From assembly GCA_019114565.1 (NCBI GenBank), contig DXFI01000177.1:1-49278 (forward strand): a DNA stretch of 49,278 nucleotides. Direction: 5' to 3'. Every line of letters begins with the position of its first letter. Within the stretch, counting starts at the first letter, position 1. Origin of the DNA: Candidatus Desulfovibrio intestinigallinarum. GTDB lineage: Bacteria > Desulfobacterota > Desulfovibrionia > Desulfovibrionales > Desulfovibrionaceae. The notes under the pieces were generated by a model that was given only the letters and a program-made list of their open reading frames with translations, did no database searches and had not been told where the DNA came from. Position numbers and translations under genes: made by a program. Shown piece by piece: positions 1-9,136 of this stretch.

Positions 1-2
1 CA

Positions 3-80
3 TCAGGCAGCAGAGGAGTCGCGCAACGGATCGGCCGTCCAGGAGTTGATGGACCAGCGCAGGAAGCCGTCATAGCCCCC
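3..80 (-). pseudogene. Short fragment resembling a DUF4091/GH123-like glycoside hydrolase C-terminal motif
   Basis: Minus strand reads GGYDGFLRWSINSWTADPLRDSSAA*. This resembles the recalled DUF4091 motif YDGxLRWAYNSWxxDPLRDS. Its upstream side abuts a repeat at 79. Confidence 0.4.
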
Positions 81-191
81 ATACGGCCTGTTGTTTCGCG
101 GAAAAAGCGTGTTTTTTCCCGCGAAACGACAGGCCGGGCGGCGCTGTGCCGCCGCCTCGCGTTCTGCCTTTTTCAAAGGCAAAACGCTTTT
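79..191 (-). mobile_element. Family A miniature inverted-repeat element, partial, long-palindrome subtype
   Basis: Shares CCATACGGCC..TTTCGCGGAAAA..CCTCGCGTT..TTTCAAAG..AAAACGCT with the other family A copies. Confidence 0.85.
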
Positions 192-245
192 GTATCGCTG
201 TGTTTCCTGCGGCCATGCTGCCGTTCTTCCGCAGGCGGCATAAAC

Positions 246-281
246 AAAAAAAGGGGGGAACCCCTTGCGGAGTTCCCCCCT
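246..281 (-). terminator. Intrinsic terminator of the porin gene
   Basis: GGGGGGAAC..GTTCCCCCC hairpin followed by a U-tract on the minus strand, about 25 nt after the stop. Confidence 0.85.
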
Positions 282-306
282 GTAAAGCCTTCTTCAGGCC
301 AGCAGC

Positions 307-1851
307 TTAGAAGCTGTAGGTGAAGGTCAGGTCAGCAGACCACATGTCCTGACGGCTGTAGCTGGCACCGGTAGCCTTGCTCCACGTGTCGCTGTCCATC
401 ATGTTGACGGCGTAGGCCAGTTCCAGACCCATCTTCAGGTTTTCGTAGATCTGGTAGTAGCTGTTCACGTTGAACTCGAGGATGCTGTCCTTGTCGGTCA
501 GGTACAGATCCTTTTTGTTCATAGCCCAAGGATTGGTCATGACATCACGCGGATCGAACTGCCCCCTATCGTTGAACATGTTATCAGCGAAGTAGGCATA
601 ACGGAGTACCTTGTGATCGTTGGTACCGCCGTAGTAGGCCACGCGCAGGGTGTGCTTCAGGTCCTCCACGAAGGACAGATCCTTCACCTGGAGACCGATA
701 CCCCAGGAGCCGTCGAGGGACAGCTTCATATCGGTGTGACCGCCGGTGTAGGCCACGTCTTCGCCCAGCATGCTGGTGAACTTCTGTTCGGCGTAGAGGT
801 AGGGCATACGCTCGGAGCCGTTCTTGATGTTCTTATCATCGCCGGAAGCATACCAGCCGAAGATGCCGGGAGTACCCCAATCCATCTTGTATTCGACCAG
901 GGCCTTCACCAACCAGCCTTCGCGCTGGGTACTGGCGCGACCGCTTTTGTTGAGATCATACATGTTGATGGCATCGTAACGGCCCATCTTGCTGACATAA
1001 CCGTAGTTGATGTCGAGTTCGACGTTCAGAGGATCGAAGGCCGTCACCTTGATGGGCAGACCGAACCAGAAAGCGGAAGCATAGCCCTTACCGGTGTTGC
1101 GATTGGCATCCTTCGCGTAGCCGTAGAGATAGTTGCCCAGAGCTTCGCTGGTGTTGACGCCGGTTTCGCCGGGTTCACCGTTGTAGAAGGCGTTCTTGCC
1201 GATCATGCCGTACATGACCCAGGGGGTCACTTCCACGCCGTCAAAGGTCAGCGGCACGGACAGCATGAACAGGTCAACATTGTCAAGCGCGTTATTGGTA
1301 CGGCCGGAACCGTAGGAGAAGTTATCATTGTAGGGACGGGCCCACATGAGGGTCGCGCCTACGTTTTCGTTGAACTGATAAGAAGCAACGATGGCGGCGG
1401 TATCCGTGTTGTCCAGCACGTTGCCGTCACCGGCGGCGCTGGGCAGGCTCAGGTTCTGGATACCCATGCGGATCTTCAGGTCGGTCTGGGGCACAACCCA
1501 GTCGAGGTAGGCCTGACGCACCTTCACCACCTGGCCGTCGGCGCCCATAGCCGCACCGCTGTTACCCTGGCCCCAGCGCTGATGACCGATTTCAAAGAAC
1601 ACGGTGCCGGACAGGGCTTCGGAAGCCACGGCGTCCAACTGCAGACGCACGCGCTGACGGGCACCGAAGATGTCGTTGGTATCGGTGTGATGGCTGCCGT
1701 TACCCAGATTCACCTTGTTGGTCATGGTGCTGTCGCCGACGTTGAAGCCGAACTGCCACTGACCCTTGGCCTTGAAATCGATAGCGCTGGCACATGTGGC
1801 AGCACCCATCACCATAGCAGCGGCAAGCGCGAGCGTGGTAAGCTTTTTCAT
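307..1851 (-). CDS. Outer membrane homotrimeric porin (Desulfovibrio type)
   Basis: Signal peptide (..ASA/IDFKAKG), QRVRLQLDAVASE and FEIG motifs, beta-strand pattern, C-terminal Phe (YSF), AAGGAAGG RBS. Confidence 0.9.
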   Translation of the reverse strand: MKKLTTLALAAAMVMGAATCASAIDFKAKGQWQFGFNVGDSTMTNKVNLGNGSHHTDTNDIFGARQRVRLQLDAVASEALSGTVFFEIGHQRWGQGNSGAAMGADGQVVKVRQAYLDWVVPQTDLKIRMGIQNLSLPSAAGDGNVLDNTDTAAIVASYQFNENVGATLMWARPYNDNFSYGSGRTNNALDNVDLFMLSVPLTFDGVEVTPWVMYGMIGKNAFYNGEPGETGVNTSEALGNYLYGYAKDANRNTGKGYASAFWFGLPIKVTAFDPLNVELDINYGYVSKMGRYDAINMYDLNKSGRASTQREGWLVKALVEYKMDWGTPGIFGWYASGDDKNIKNGSERMPYLYAEQKFTSMLGEDVAYTGGHTDMKLSLDGSWGIGLQVKDLSFVEDLKHTLRVAYYGGTNDHKVLRYAYFADNMFNDRGQFDPRDVMTNPWAMNKKDLYLTDKDSILEFNVNSYYQIYENLKMGLELAYAVNMMDSDTWSKATGASYSRQDMWSADLTFTYSF

Positions 1852-2334
1852 GACATACCTTCCTTAAATTTCTTTTGCTGACATTTCTTGGGGCTTTCGC
1901 CCGTGCCCGAAGGGCCTTCCTTTCCGGTTTTTGCCGGATGCCGGACGAGACTGTCCGGCTCACCACGGGTAGCCTCCAGCTTCCCCTTGGTTGTCAAAAT
2001 TTTTATACCCCTTTACGGAGCTTGTCAAAAAGAAAAACGGGAATAGCGGAAAATTTTTTGAATTTTTATTTTTTATTTTTTTATTTCAATAGGATATGTC
2101 ATATTTTTATTTTTTTCATCTAGAAAAAATCTATGGATGGAAAACCAGCAGGTAGTCATTTAATTTATTGTAATTATTGTAAAAAATTTAAAAATGAAGA
2201 ATTTTTCTCTAAATATTTTCTTAATGAGCATGCAGTCCTTCCCTCATGCGCCGGAGCTTTTTTCGAGGGGGCGGACAGGGGCCTGACCGCATGGCGGAGT
2301 GCGGGCAGCCGGCTGAAAACGTTTTTTCCCGGGC

Positions 2335-2363
2335 TTGACCTCACGCCTGCAACCTTTTATAAG
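2335..2363 (+). promoter_or_regulatory. Sigma70 promoter of tRNA-Arg
   Basis: TTGACC-17 bp-TATAAG ending 9 nt before the tRNA. Confidence 0.7.
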
Positions 2364-2372
2364 AACAGCGTT

Positions 2373-2449
2373 GCGTCCGTAGCTCAGTCGGATAGAGCAG
2401 GAGCCTTCTAAGCTCTTGGTCGAGGGTTCGATTCCTTCCGGGCGCGCCA
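2373..2449 (+). tRNA. tRNA-Arg (anticodon TCT)
   Basis: GCGTCCG/CGGGCGC acceptor stem, AGCTCAGTCGGATAGAGC D arm, CT-TCT-AA loop, GGTTCGATTCC T arm, CCA end. Confidence 0.97.
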
Positions 2450-2457
2450 AATATTTC

Positions 2458-2492
2458 AGGCCCTTACGGAAAGCTCTCCGTGAGGGCCTTTT
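2458..2492 (+). terminator. Intrinsic terminator after tRNA-Arg
   Basis: AGGCCCTTACGGA..TCCGTGAGGGCCT stem plus T-tract. Confidence 0.85.
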
Positions 2493-2610
2493 CTTTTCCC
2501 CGCACGCATCGGCAATTTTTTTGCCTCCCCGCACCGCCTCCGCACAGGTGCGGCCCTGCCGGATTACGAATAGCGCATAGGCGTTTTGGCGGGCGTCTCT
2601 GCCCTCTGCC

Positions 2611-2648
2611 TTGACAAAACGGGGCTTATGGTATCATTTCTGGTATCA
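2611..2648 (+). promoter_or_regulatory. Putative hicAB promoter/operator
   Basis: TTGACA at 2611; TG-extended TATCAT with a short spacer; direct repeat TGGTATCA at 2629-2636 and 2641-2648. Confidence 0.55.
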
Positions 2649-2661
2649 GAAGCGAGGCCGC

Positions 2662-2910
2662 ATGAATCTTGAAAAAATCCTTCGCCAAATGCGGGAAGCG
2701 CCGCAAAATGTGCGCTATGCCGATGTGGTCAAAGTTTGTACCGTTTACTTTGGCGAACCGCGCCAGCAGGGGACAAGCCATTGCGTGTTCAAAACCCCGT
2801 GGCCCGGAGACCCCCGCGTCAATGTTCAGAACAAGAACGGTTACGCCAAGCCCTATCAGGTGAGGCAGGTTCTTGCCGCCATCGCCAAACTACAGGAGTG
2901 CGCCCTATGA
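2662..2910 (+). CDS. hicA: HicA-family toxin
   Basis: 82 aa with the pattern NVRxxD..YFGEPRQxGTSHxVFKTPWxGDPRVNxQ..AKPYQVRQVL; ATGA overlap with the next gene. Confidence 0.88.
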   Translation: MNLEKILRQMREAPQNVRYADVVKVCTVYFGEPRQQGTSHCVFKTPWPGDPRVNVQNKNGYAKPYQVRQVLAAIAKLQECAL

Positions 2911-3230
2911 ACGTGAAGCAATACGCCTACCGCGTCATCTGGTCGGAAGAGGATCAGGAATTTGTGGGGCTGTGCGCGGAGTTTCCCAGTCTTTCATGGC
3001 TGGAGGAAGAGCAGGACGCGGCCTTGCGGGGTATCGTCCGCCTTGTGGAAGAAACCGTGCGGGATATGGCGGCTAATGGGGAGACTATCCCGGAGCCGCT
3101 TTCCCTGCGGAAGTATTCGGGCAAGTTTATGGTGCGTACCACGCCGGAGATGCACCGCCATCTGACTATGCTTTCCGCCGAAGCGGGCGTTAGCCTCAAC
3201 CGCTATATCAATGGCCGCCTTGGCGCATAA
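2907..3230 (+). CDS. hicB: HicB-family antitoxin with C-terminal ribbon-helix-helix
   Basis: YRVIWSEEDQEFVGLCAEFPSLSW N-terminus and YSGKFMVR..H..L..AxxxGVSLN C-terminus. Confidence 0.9.
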   Translation: MNVKQYAYRVIWSEEDQEFVGLCAEFPSLSWLEEEQDAALRGIVRLVEETVRDMAANGETIPEPLSLRKYSGKFMVRTTPEMHRHLTMLSAEAGVSLNRYINGRLGA

Positions 3231-3257
3231 GTCCTTTTTTCCAAAGATGGATAAAAC

Positions 3258-3290
3258 AAGCCCGCAGGATACCCCCGACGGGCTTTTCTG
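3258..3290 (+). terminator. Putative terminator after hicB
   Basis: AAGCCCG..CGGGCTT stem followed by TTCTGTT. Confidence 0.55.
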
Positions 3291-3478
3291 TTGCTCTGGT
3301 TACGCTAAAAAAAGTCGTTTGTTACGCCCTGTTCGCAGAACTCCCGCGTTATGCGTGCCTGGCTCTTCGCCGCTGTTTTCAGCTTCGCCGCGTCCATGAG
3401 CTGCCCCGCCGTTGCCGGAGCAATGACGCCTTCCCGCACCGCGTCCAGTACGGCATCGGCAAAGGCGGGTACATCTTC

Positions 3479-3515
3479 TAGAGCGTTTCACCTTTTTCAA
3501 AGTTGAAACGCTCTA
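3479..3515. repeat. Family A mini-palindrome (37 bp)
   Basis: TAGAGCGTTTCA..TGAAACGCTCTA, equivalent to one end-hairpin of family A. Confidence 0.85.
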
Positions 3516-3554
3516 TCCGCGTCAGCAGAGGCCGGCGTGACGCGTGAAGCTACG

Positions 3555-3588
3555 ATAAAGGCCCGCCGGATATCCGGCGGGCCTTTAT
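3555..3588. terminator. Perfect 34-bp palindrome, probable bidirectional terminator
   Basis: ATAAAGGCCCGCCGGAT|ATCCGGCGGGCCTTTAT, downstream of the converging YczE-like gene. Confidence 0.7.
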
Positions 3589-3667
3589 ATATTGAAGCGA
3601 TGGTAACGTCGTTGTCGTTTTTCGGGCAAACCGCACGGATACGGCTCGTCCATGTCGTCTGCCAGGC

Positions 3668-4366
3668 CTAGCGTCTGGCCTCTGCTTCCTTGAGGGGGGC
3701 GTCGGCGTTGTCCGCCGTGGCGGGAGCGGCAAAGAGCGGCGCGAGTCTGCTCACGCTGGAACCGAGCATGCGGGCAAAGATGCCGGTCAGCAGCGCGGAA
3801 ACCAGCGTGCCTTCACGCAGGCCGACAACCGTTCCCAGACCAAACCAGCCTACCAGTGCCGCGGACGCAACCAGACTGGAGTCCACCAGCGTCTTGATGC
3901 TGCCGAAGCTGTGCCGTGTCCGGAAGGCGAGAGCCAGCACAATGCCTTCGCCGGGCAGCACAACGGCGTTGCTTACAACCTGAAGGTTGATGCCGGCCGC
4001 GAGGACGGCGATACCGGACAGCAGGACGCAGAGGCGTTCCCAGTAGGGGAGCAGTCCCACCTGCGCGGTGACGTCCATCCAGCAGTCAATGAACAGGCCG
4101 AAGAGGAAGACCGGGGGCATCTGGAGAATATTGGCAAGGCTGAAATGCTTGCCGAGAATCAGTTTTTCCACACCGATAAAAAGGACGCTGACAATGACCG
4201 TGTAGCCGCCGATGCTGAGCGGGACCAGCGCATTCAGGGCAACGGGCAGGCTCGTGATGGGCGTGGTTCCCAGATTGGTATTGGTGATAAGCGCAAGGCC
4301 CAGCGAGGAAAAGCACATACCGATGCAGAAACCCAGACAACGACGGAACCACAGAGCTGCGGACAT
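3668..4366 (-). CDS. YczE/YyaS/YitT-like (DUF6198-like) membrane protein
   Basis: LGTTPITSLP, GxFID, LPGEG and GLREGT motifs; several TM helices; AGGAGA RBS before the ATG at 4366. Confidence 0.8.
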   Translation of the reverse strand: MSAALWFRRCLGFCIGMCFSSLGLALITNTNLGTTPITSLPVALNALVPLSIGGYTVIVSVLFIGVEKLILGKHFSLANILQMPPVFLFGLFIDCWMDVTAQVGLLPYWERLCVLLSGIAVLAAGINLQVVSNAVVLPGEGIVLALAFRTRHSFGSIKTLVDSSLVASAALVGWFGLGTVVGLREGTLVSALLTGIFARMLGSSVSRLAPLFAAPATADNADAPLKEAEARR

Positions 4367-5037
4367 GATATCTCCTGAAAAAAAGAAAAAAAGGATGTGT
4401 TGCCGCCCGGAAGCGGAAACAGAAAAAGGGAGTCGGCGCGCTACCGGACGAAGCAACAGCACATCCGCGCTTCCTGCTCTTCAGCACGAAGCGTGACAGA
4501 CTGACAGCGACGGGTATCGCGTGCGAATCGTAAGAGAAAAGGAAAGGAGAATCGGGGGACTAGGGACCCCGGCGGGAAGAACGTCGCGTTGCCGAGCAAC
4601 GCACGGAACGCCACATATGGCACTGGGCGCAACGATGGCGGCAGTGTGCGGCGAGAGGAAGGGAGGAGAAGAAGATCTGTTTCATGGTCAGAAAGGAAAG
4701 CGGAAACCGTGCCGGCCGGCAAAAAGCGCCATTCCCGGCCTGCCGCTCCTGAAGAGCGACAGATAAAACTTACAACGAACTTTTCTATTTATGCTTATTT
4801 TTTGAAAAAGGCAAGAGAATACTTCTATGCCGCAAGAGGAGAGCGGGCTGGCGGCAGCAGCCCGGTCAATCTGGACGCGATGCGTGTCGCAGGGGGCCTC
4901 GCGCCCGCTTGCCGTTCTCAGAACACTGATTTCTTTCGGTCCGCGCGACGTCCGGTCATGCGCGCATACCGGCAACGCTGCCCGTAAACGTCTGCTTTCC
5001 GGTTGTCCTCACCCGGTTTTTGTGTCGTACGGCCTTG

Positions 5038-6498
5038 CTATCGGGACTGTTCTCCGCTGTCCGAAATTCTGCGGCAGATGCCGGTTGTGCTGTAGCCGTC
5101 CTGCAGGCGTGCCAGATGCACACGGCCGCCGTGGGCCTGAACCACGTCGGCCCCTATGACGTTTTCTACGGAATAGTCGCTGCCCTTGACCAGCACGTCG
5201 GGAAGCAGACTTTCCACAAGGCGCAGAGGCGTGTCTTCCTCAAAGATGGTGACGGCATCCACGTCCTGAAGGGCGGCGATGAGCAATGCGCGACTCTGTT
5301 CGTCCTGCACCGGGCGGCTCTCGCCCTTGAGGCGGCGCACGGAAGCATCGGAATTGATGGCGACCACAAGCTTGTCACCCTGCGCGGCTGCTTCGTGCAG
5401 AAGCATGATGTGTCCCTTGTGCAGAATATCGAAGCAGCCGTTGGTAAAGACGACGCGTTGTCCCTGCTGCTTCCAGAAGGCGACGAGTTCGCGCAGCTGG
5501 GGCAGATCCATGATTTTCGGCGTGCTGCCGCCGTCACGCCGGACGGCGTAGAGAAATTCGGCGCGGCTCACGGGGCTGGTGCCTGCCTTGCAGACGACCA
5601 TACCCGCGGCGGCATTGGCGCAGCGGGCCGCTTCCTTATAAGGAAGGCCGCCGGCACGACAGGCGGCCAGCACGGCGATCACCGTGTCGCCTGCCCCGGA
5701 AACGTCCACTACCTGCCGGGCTTCGGCCTTGATGAAGAGCGGCTCCTGTTCCTGTTCGAACAGGGCCATGCCCCGGGCTCCTCTGGTCAGCAGCAGCCGG
5801 GGAACGGCAATGCGGCGGCACAGGGCGCGGGCCTCGCGTTCCATTTCTTCCCGCATTTCTCCGGAGCAGCCCGAAACCGCGGCAAATTCGGCGCTGTTGG
5901 GCGTAATGCATTCCGCTCCGGCATAGCGGTTCCAGTCGTCGAGCTTGGGGTCCGCCAGAACGGGAATGCCGCGGGCCGCGCAGGCGGCAATGACATCCCC
6001 GGCAAGGCAGGAGCCGTCCTGACAGCGCAGAAGGACGCCCTTGCCGTAGTCGGACAGGATAACGGCATGACAGCCTTCCAGCGCCGCGGGCAGGGCCGCT
6101 TTCAGCGCGGCATATTCCTGCGGCGAGAGGGGGCGGCGCGCTTCTTCGTCCATGCGCAGCAGCTGCTGCCCGTGGGTGACGATGCGTGTCTTGCAGGTGG
6201 TGGGGCGTTCGGAAGAGGCGATCAGCGTCGCCTCGATGCCGCCCTCGTCCAGACGCTGCCGCAGCGTCTCCGCCGCGGCATCCGTGCCGCACAGGGCCAG
6301 CAGCGCGGCGCGGCATCCCAGTGAAACCAGATTGCGCGCCACATTGGCCGCGCCGCCGGGAACGCTCCAGCGGGAACGCACGTCGGCCACGGGCACCGGA
6401 GCTTCAGGTGAGATGCGGCGCACCGCGGTTTCCACATACATGTCCAGCATGGCGTCGCCCACAACGAGCAGGCGCGTACGAGTAAAGTCGGGTATCAT
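5038..6498 (-). CDS. hldE: Bifunctional heptose-7-phosphate kinase / heptose-1-phosphate adenylyltransferase
   Basis: RISPEAPVP, GGAANVA, LSDYGKG and DVSGAGDT kinase motifs plus FTNGCFDILHxGH and LVKGSDY transferase motifs. Confidence 0.95.
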   Translation of the reverse strand: MIPDFTRTRLLVVGDAMLDMYVETAVRRISPEAPVPVADVRSRWSVPGGAANVARNLVSLGCRAALLALCGTDAAAETLRQRLDEGGIEATLIASSERPTTCKTRIVTHGQQLLRMDEEARRPLSPQEYAALKAALPAALEGCHAVILSDYGKGVLLRCQDGSCLAGDVIAACAARGIPVLADPKLDDWNRYAGAECITPNSAEFAAVSGCSGEMREEMEREARALCRRIAVPRLLLTRGARGMALFEQEQEPLFIKAEARQVVDVSGAGDTVIAVLAACRAGGLPYKEAARCANAAAGMVVCKAGTSPVSRAEFLYAVRRDGGSTPKIMDLPQLRELVAFWKQQGQRVVFTNGCFDILHKGHIMLLHEAAAQGDKLVVAINSDASVRRLKGESRPVQDEQSRALLIAALQDVDAVTIFEEDTPLRLVESLLPDVLVKGSDYSVENVIGADVVQAHGGRVHLARLQDGYSTTGICRRISDSGEQSR

Positions 6499-6641
6499 GT
6501 TTTCTCCGGCAGAGGGCTTGCCGTAATGGAGTAGCCCAGCGGCACGCATCCGTCAACGCGCCGTAGTCCTGTTGCGGGCATGGGCCTTCTGCGGTATAGC
6601 GGAAGGGATTTTTTCACCCTTTTTCCTGCCGAGGCCGCTCC

Positions 6642-7733
6642 ATGTCAGCCCCTGTCAGCACACGTTTCGAAGATCGCGCTTTTCTGTTGCTGCTTGCCGC
6701 CACAACCATCCTGTTTTTCTGGATGCTGGGCCCCTTCTTCAACATTATTTTCTGGGCCGTGGTCATCGGTCTGCTGAGCCGACCGCTTTTTGTCTTTCTT
6801 CTGCGCCGGGGGCTGGGACCGACGACGGCCTCCCTGCTGTGCGTGCTGACAAGCCTTGTGGTCATTGTCGTGCCCTGCGTCTATCTTTTCTATACCTGCG
6901 CGCATGAGATAAGCCAGCTCTATGCCCGGCTGAGCGGCGACGCCCACGCGCTTTCGGATATCGTGGAGCGCCTGCGGCAGGCCGTGCCGGGCGCGCTGGA
7001 ATGGCTGGGACGCTTCGGCTATACGCCGGACGGCATCAAGGCGAAACTGTCGGAACAGGCCGTGAAGGTCAGCGGCATTCTGGCTTCCAATACGGTGGCG
7101 CTGGGGAGCATTACCGTCAATCTGGTGGTGGACATGGCCATGATGCTCTATCTGGCCTTTTTCCTTGTGCGCGACGGCGAGCGTTTCCGGGCGCTGCTGA
7201 TCCGGGCCCTTCCCTTTGGCGATCACCGCGAGGAGCTGCTATTCCGCAAGTTTGCGGAAGTTCTGCGGGCCACCATCAAGGGCAGCGTGCTGGTTGCCAT
7301 GGCGCAGGGGGCGCTGGGAGGCATCATCTTTGCCCTGTTGGACATTCGCGCCCCCGTTCTCTGGGGGGTGGTCATGAGTCTGCTGTCGCTGATTCCGCTG
7401 GTGGGGGCCGGGCTGGTCTGGGTTCCCGTGGCCGTCTACCTGCTGCTGACGGGCGATATTATTTCCGGGCTGGTGCTCATGGCCTATGGCGTCTTTGTCA
7501 TCGGTCTGGCGGACAACGTGCTGCGGCCGCTGCTGGTGGGACGTGATACCAAGCTGCCCGATTTCATGGTGCTGCTGTCCACGCTGGGCGGATTCATGAT
7601 GTTCGGTATGGACGGTTTTGTCAGCGGGCCTCTTCTGGCTGTCTTCTTCGTGACGGTCTGGCAGATATTCATGGACGAATTTGCACAGGGGCGACAGACG
7701 CCCGCTGAAAAGCAGGAGGATCTTGCCGCATGA
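6642..7733 (+). CDS. AI-2E family transporter
   Basis: Hydrophobic protein with FFLVRDG, IPLVGxxLVWVP and DNVLRPxL..GFVSGP motifs. Confidence 0.9.
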   Translation: MSAPVSTRFEDRAFLLLLAATTILFFWMLGPFFNIIFWAVVIGLLSRPLFVFLLRRGLGPTTASLLCVLTSLVVIVVPCVYLFYTCAHEISQLYARLSGDAHALSDIVERLRQAVPGALEWLGRFGYTPDGIKAKLSEQAVKVSGILASNTVALGSITVNLVVDMAMMLYLAFFLVRDGERFRALLIRALPFGDHREELLFRKFAEVLRATIKGSVLVAMAQGALGGIIFALLDIRAPVLWGVVMSLLSLIPLVGAGLVWVPVAVYLLLTGDIISGLVLMAYGVFVIGLADNVLRPLLVGRDTKLPDFMVLLSTLGGFMMFGMDGFVSGPLLAVFFVTVWQIFMDEFAQGRQTPAEKQEDLAA

Positions 7734-8896
7734 ACGGACAGATGGCGCGTTTAAGTCTGATTGCCTTTATTCTGGCCTTTCTGCTTGCGCTGCTGCCGCA
7801 TCTTGCGCGAGGCGCGACGCCGGGAGAACCGGTTCTGTCGCCGGAGCGCATGGTCGGTTCCATGCTCATGCTCGGTTTTCGCGGGATACAGGAGGCCGAC
7901 GATCCTGTTTTCTGGAAGGCCCTGCGCGCGGGCAGGGTGGGGCATGTGCTGCTGTTCGACAAGGATACGGCCAGCGGCGGTCTGCGCAATATCCGTTCGC
8001 CGCAGCAGTTGCGCGGGCTGACGGCGGCACTGCGGCAGGCCGCTCCGCTGACGCCCTTTATTGCCGTGGACGACGAGGGCGGCAACGTCCGCCGCTGCAA
8101 GCCTGCGTATGGGTTTTCCGCGCTGCCTTCGGCTTCCCTTATGGGCAGAGAACGGCCGGAGCGGACCTGGGGCCGGGCTGAACGGCTGGGCAGGGAGCTG
8201 CGTTCCGTCGGCGTCAATGTGAATCTTGCGCCTGTGGCCGACGTGAACACCAATCCCGGCAATCCCGTCATTGCCCGCCTTGGCCGCAGTTTCAGCCCCA
8301 GTCCGCAGACGGTGTCGCTGCATGCCTGGGCCTTCGGGCAGGGGCTGGCCGCGGAAGGGGTGATTCCCGTGCTCAAGCACTTCCCCGGGCACGGCAGCTC
8401 CAGATTTGATACGCACCGCGGCACGGCCGATATTACGGAAACCTGGCAGGCCGCCGAACTGCAACCCTTCCGGGACTGTTTTGGCGCAGGCTGGCCCGGC
8501 ATGGTCATGGTCGGCCATGTGTCGCATCGCGGCATGGACGCGCGCCTGCCCGCCTCGCTGTCTCCGGCCGTCATAGAGGATTTGCTGCGGGGACAAATGG
8601 GATGGCAGGGGGTCGTCATCAGCGACGATCTGATGATGGACGCCGTAGCCCGGCGCTTCACACTGAAGCAGATTGTGCTGCTGGCCGTGGCCGCGGGCAA
8701 TGATATTCTCGTTTTCGGCAACAATACCGCGCAGCCGGACCCGGATCTGCCGGAAAAGGTGCATGCCGCCTTTATGGAACTGGTGCGCGATGGTTCCATC
8801 CCTCTGTGGCGTATTCAGCAGTCCTGGGAACGCATCGAGGCTTTGCGGCAGACGCTGGGCGTTCCGCTGCGCGGAGCCTGCCGCCGGACGTTCTGA
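7730..8896 (+). CDS. nagZ: GH3 beta-N-acetylhexosaminidase (NagZ-like), exported
   Basis: VDxEGG, NLAPVAD, KHFPGHG..DTH and ISDDLxM motifs; signal peptide; ATGA overlap with the previous gene. Confidence 0.82.
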   Translation: MNGQMARLSLIAFILAFLLALLPHLARGATPGEPVLSPERMVGSMLMLGFRGIQEADDPVFWKALRAGRVGHVLLFDKDTASGGLRNIRSPQQLRGLTAALRQAAPLTPFIAVDDEGGNVRRCKPAYGFSALPSASLMGRERPERTWGRAERLGRELRSVGVNVNLAPVADVNTNPGNPVIARLGRSFSPSPQTVSLHAWAFGQGLAAEGVIPVLKHFPGHGSSRFDTHRGTADITETWQAAELQPFRDCFGAGWPGMVMVGHVSHRGMDARLPASLSPAVIEDLLRGQMGWQGVVISDDLMMDAVARRFTLKQIVLLAVAAGNDILVFGNNTAQPDPDLPEKVHAAFMELVRDGSIPLWRIQQSWERIEALRQTLGVPLRGACRRTF

Positions 8897-9136
8897 GGGA
8901 GGCGTCTTTTTCGGAGAAATGGCATGGAAACGTGTGCGGCCGCGCGAAATTCCTTTTCAGAAACGCCTCCTTGCAAGATTGCCAAAGTTGCCGTTGCTTC
9001 GTAGACTGGAACTCTGCGGTTACGCTTTGAAAAGCTGGGCGGCCGCAGAGATCACGCCTTTTTCGTCGTACCGGGCGGCATTGCTCTTGAAAAGTCCCGT
9101 TTTCAGGGCCTGCTGCCCCAGCACTGAGGTGAAACT

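Noticed and set aside
613-1881. Long antisense ORFs (also 10428-12506, 21280-23340, 33514-35637 and others)
   Set aside because: These are shadow frames of well-supported genes, expected from GC-rich codon bias.
2373-3600. Prophage or integrative element at tRNA-Arg (likewise at tRNA-Ser)
   Set aside because: No integrase, phage genes or duplicated tRNA 3' end are visible.
4560-4685. Possible Cys/His-rich leader peptide (MKQIFF..HCRHRCAQCHM..) upstream of the YczE-like gene
   Set aside because: There is no RBS and no other support.
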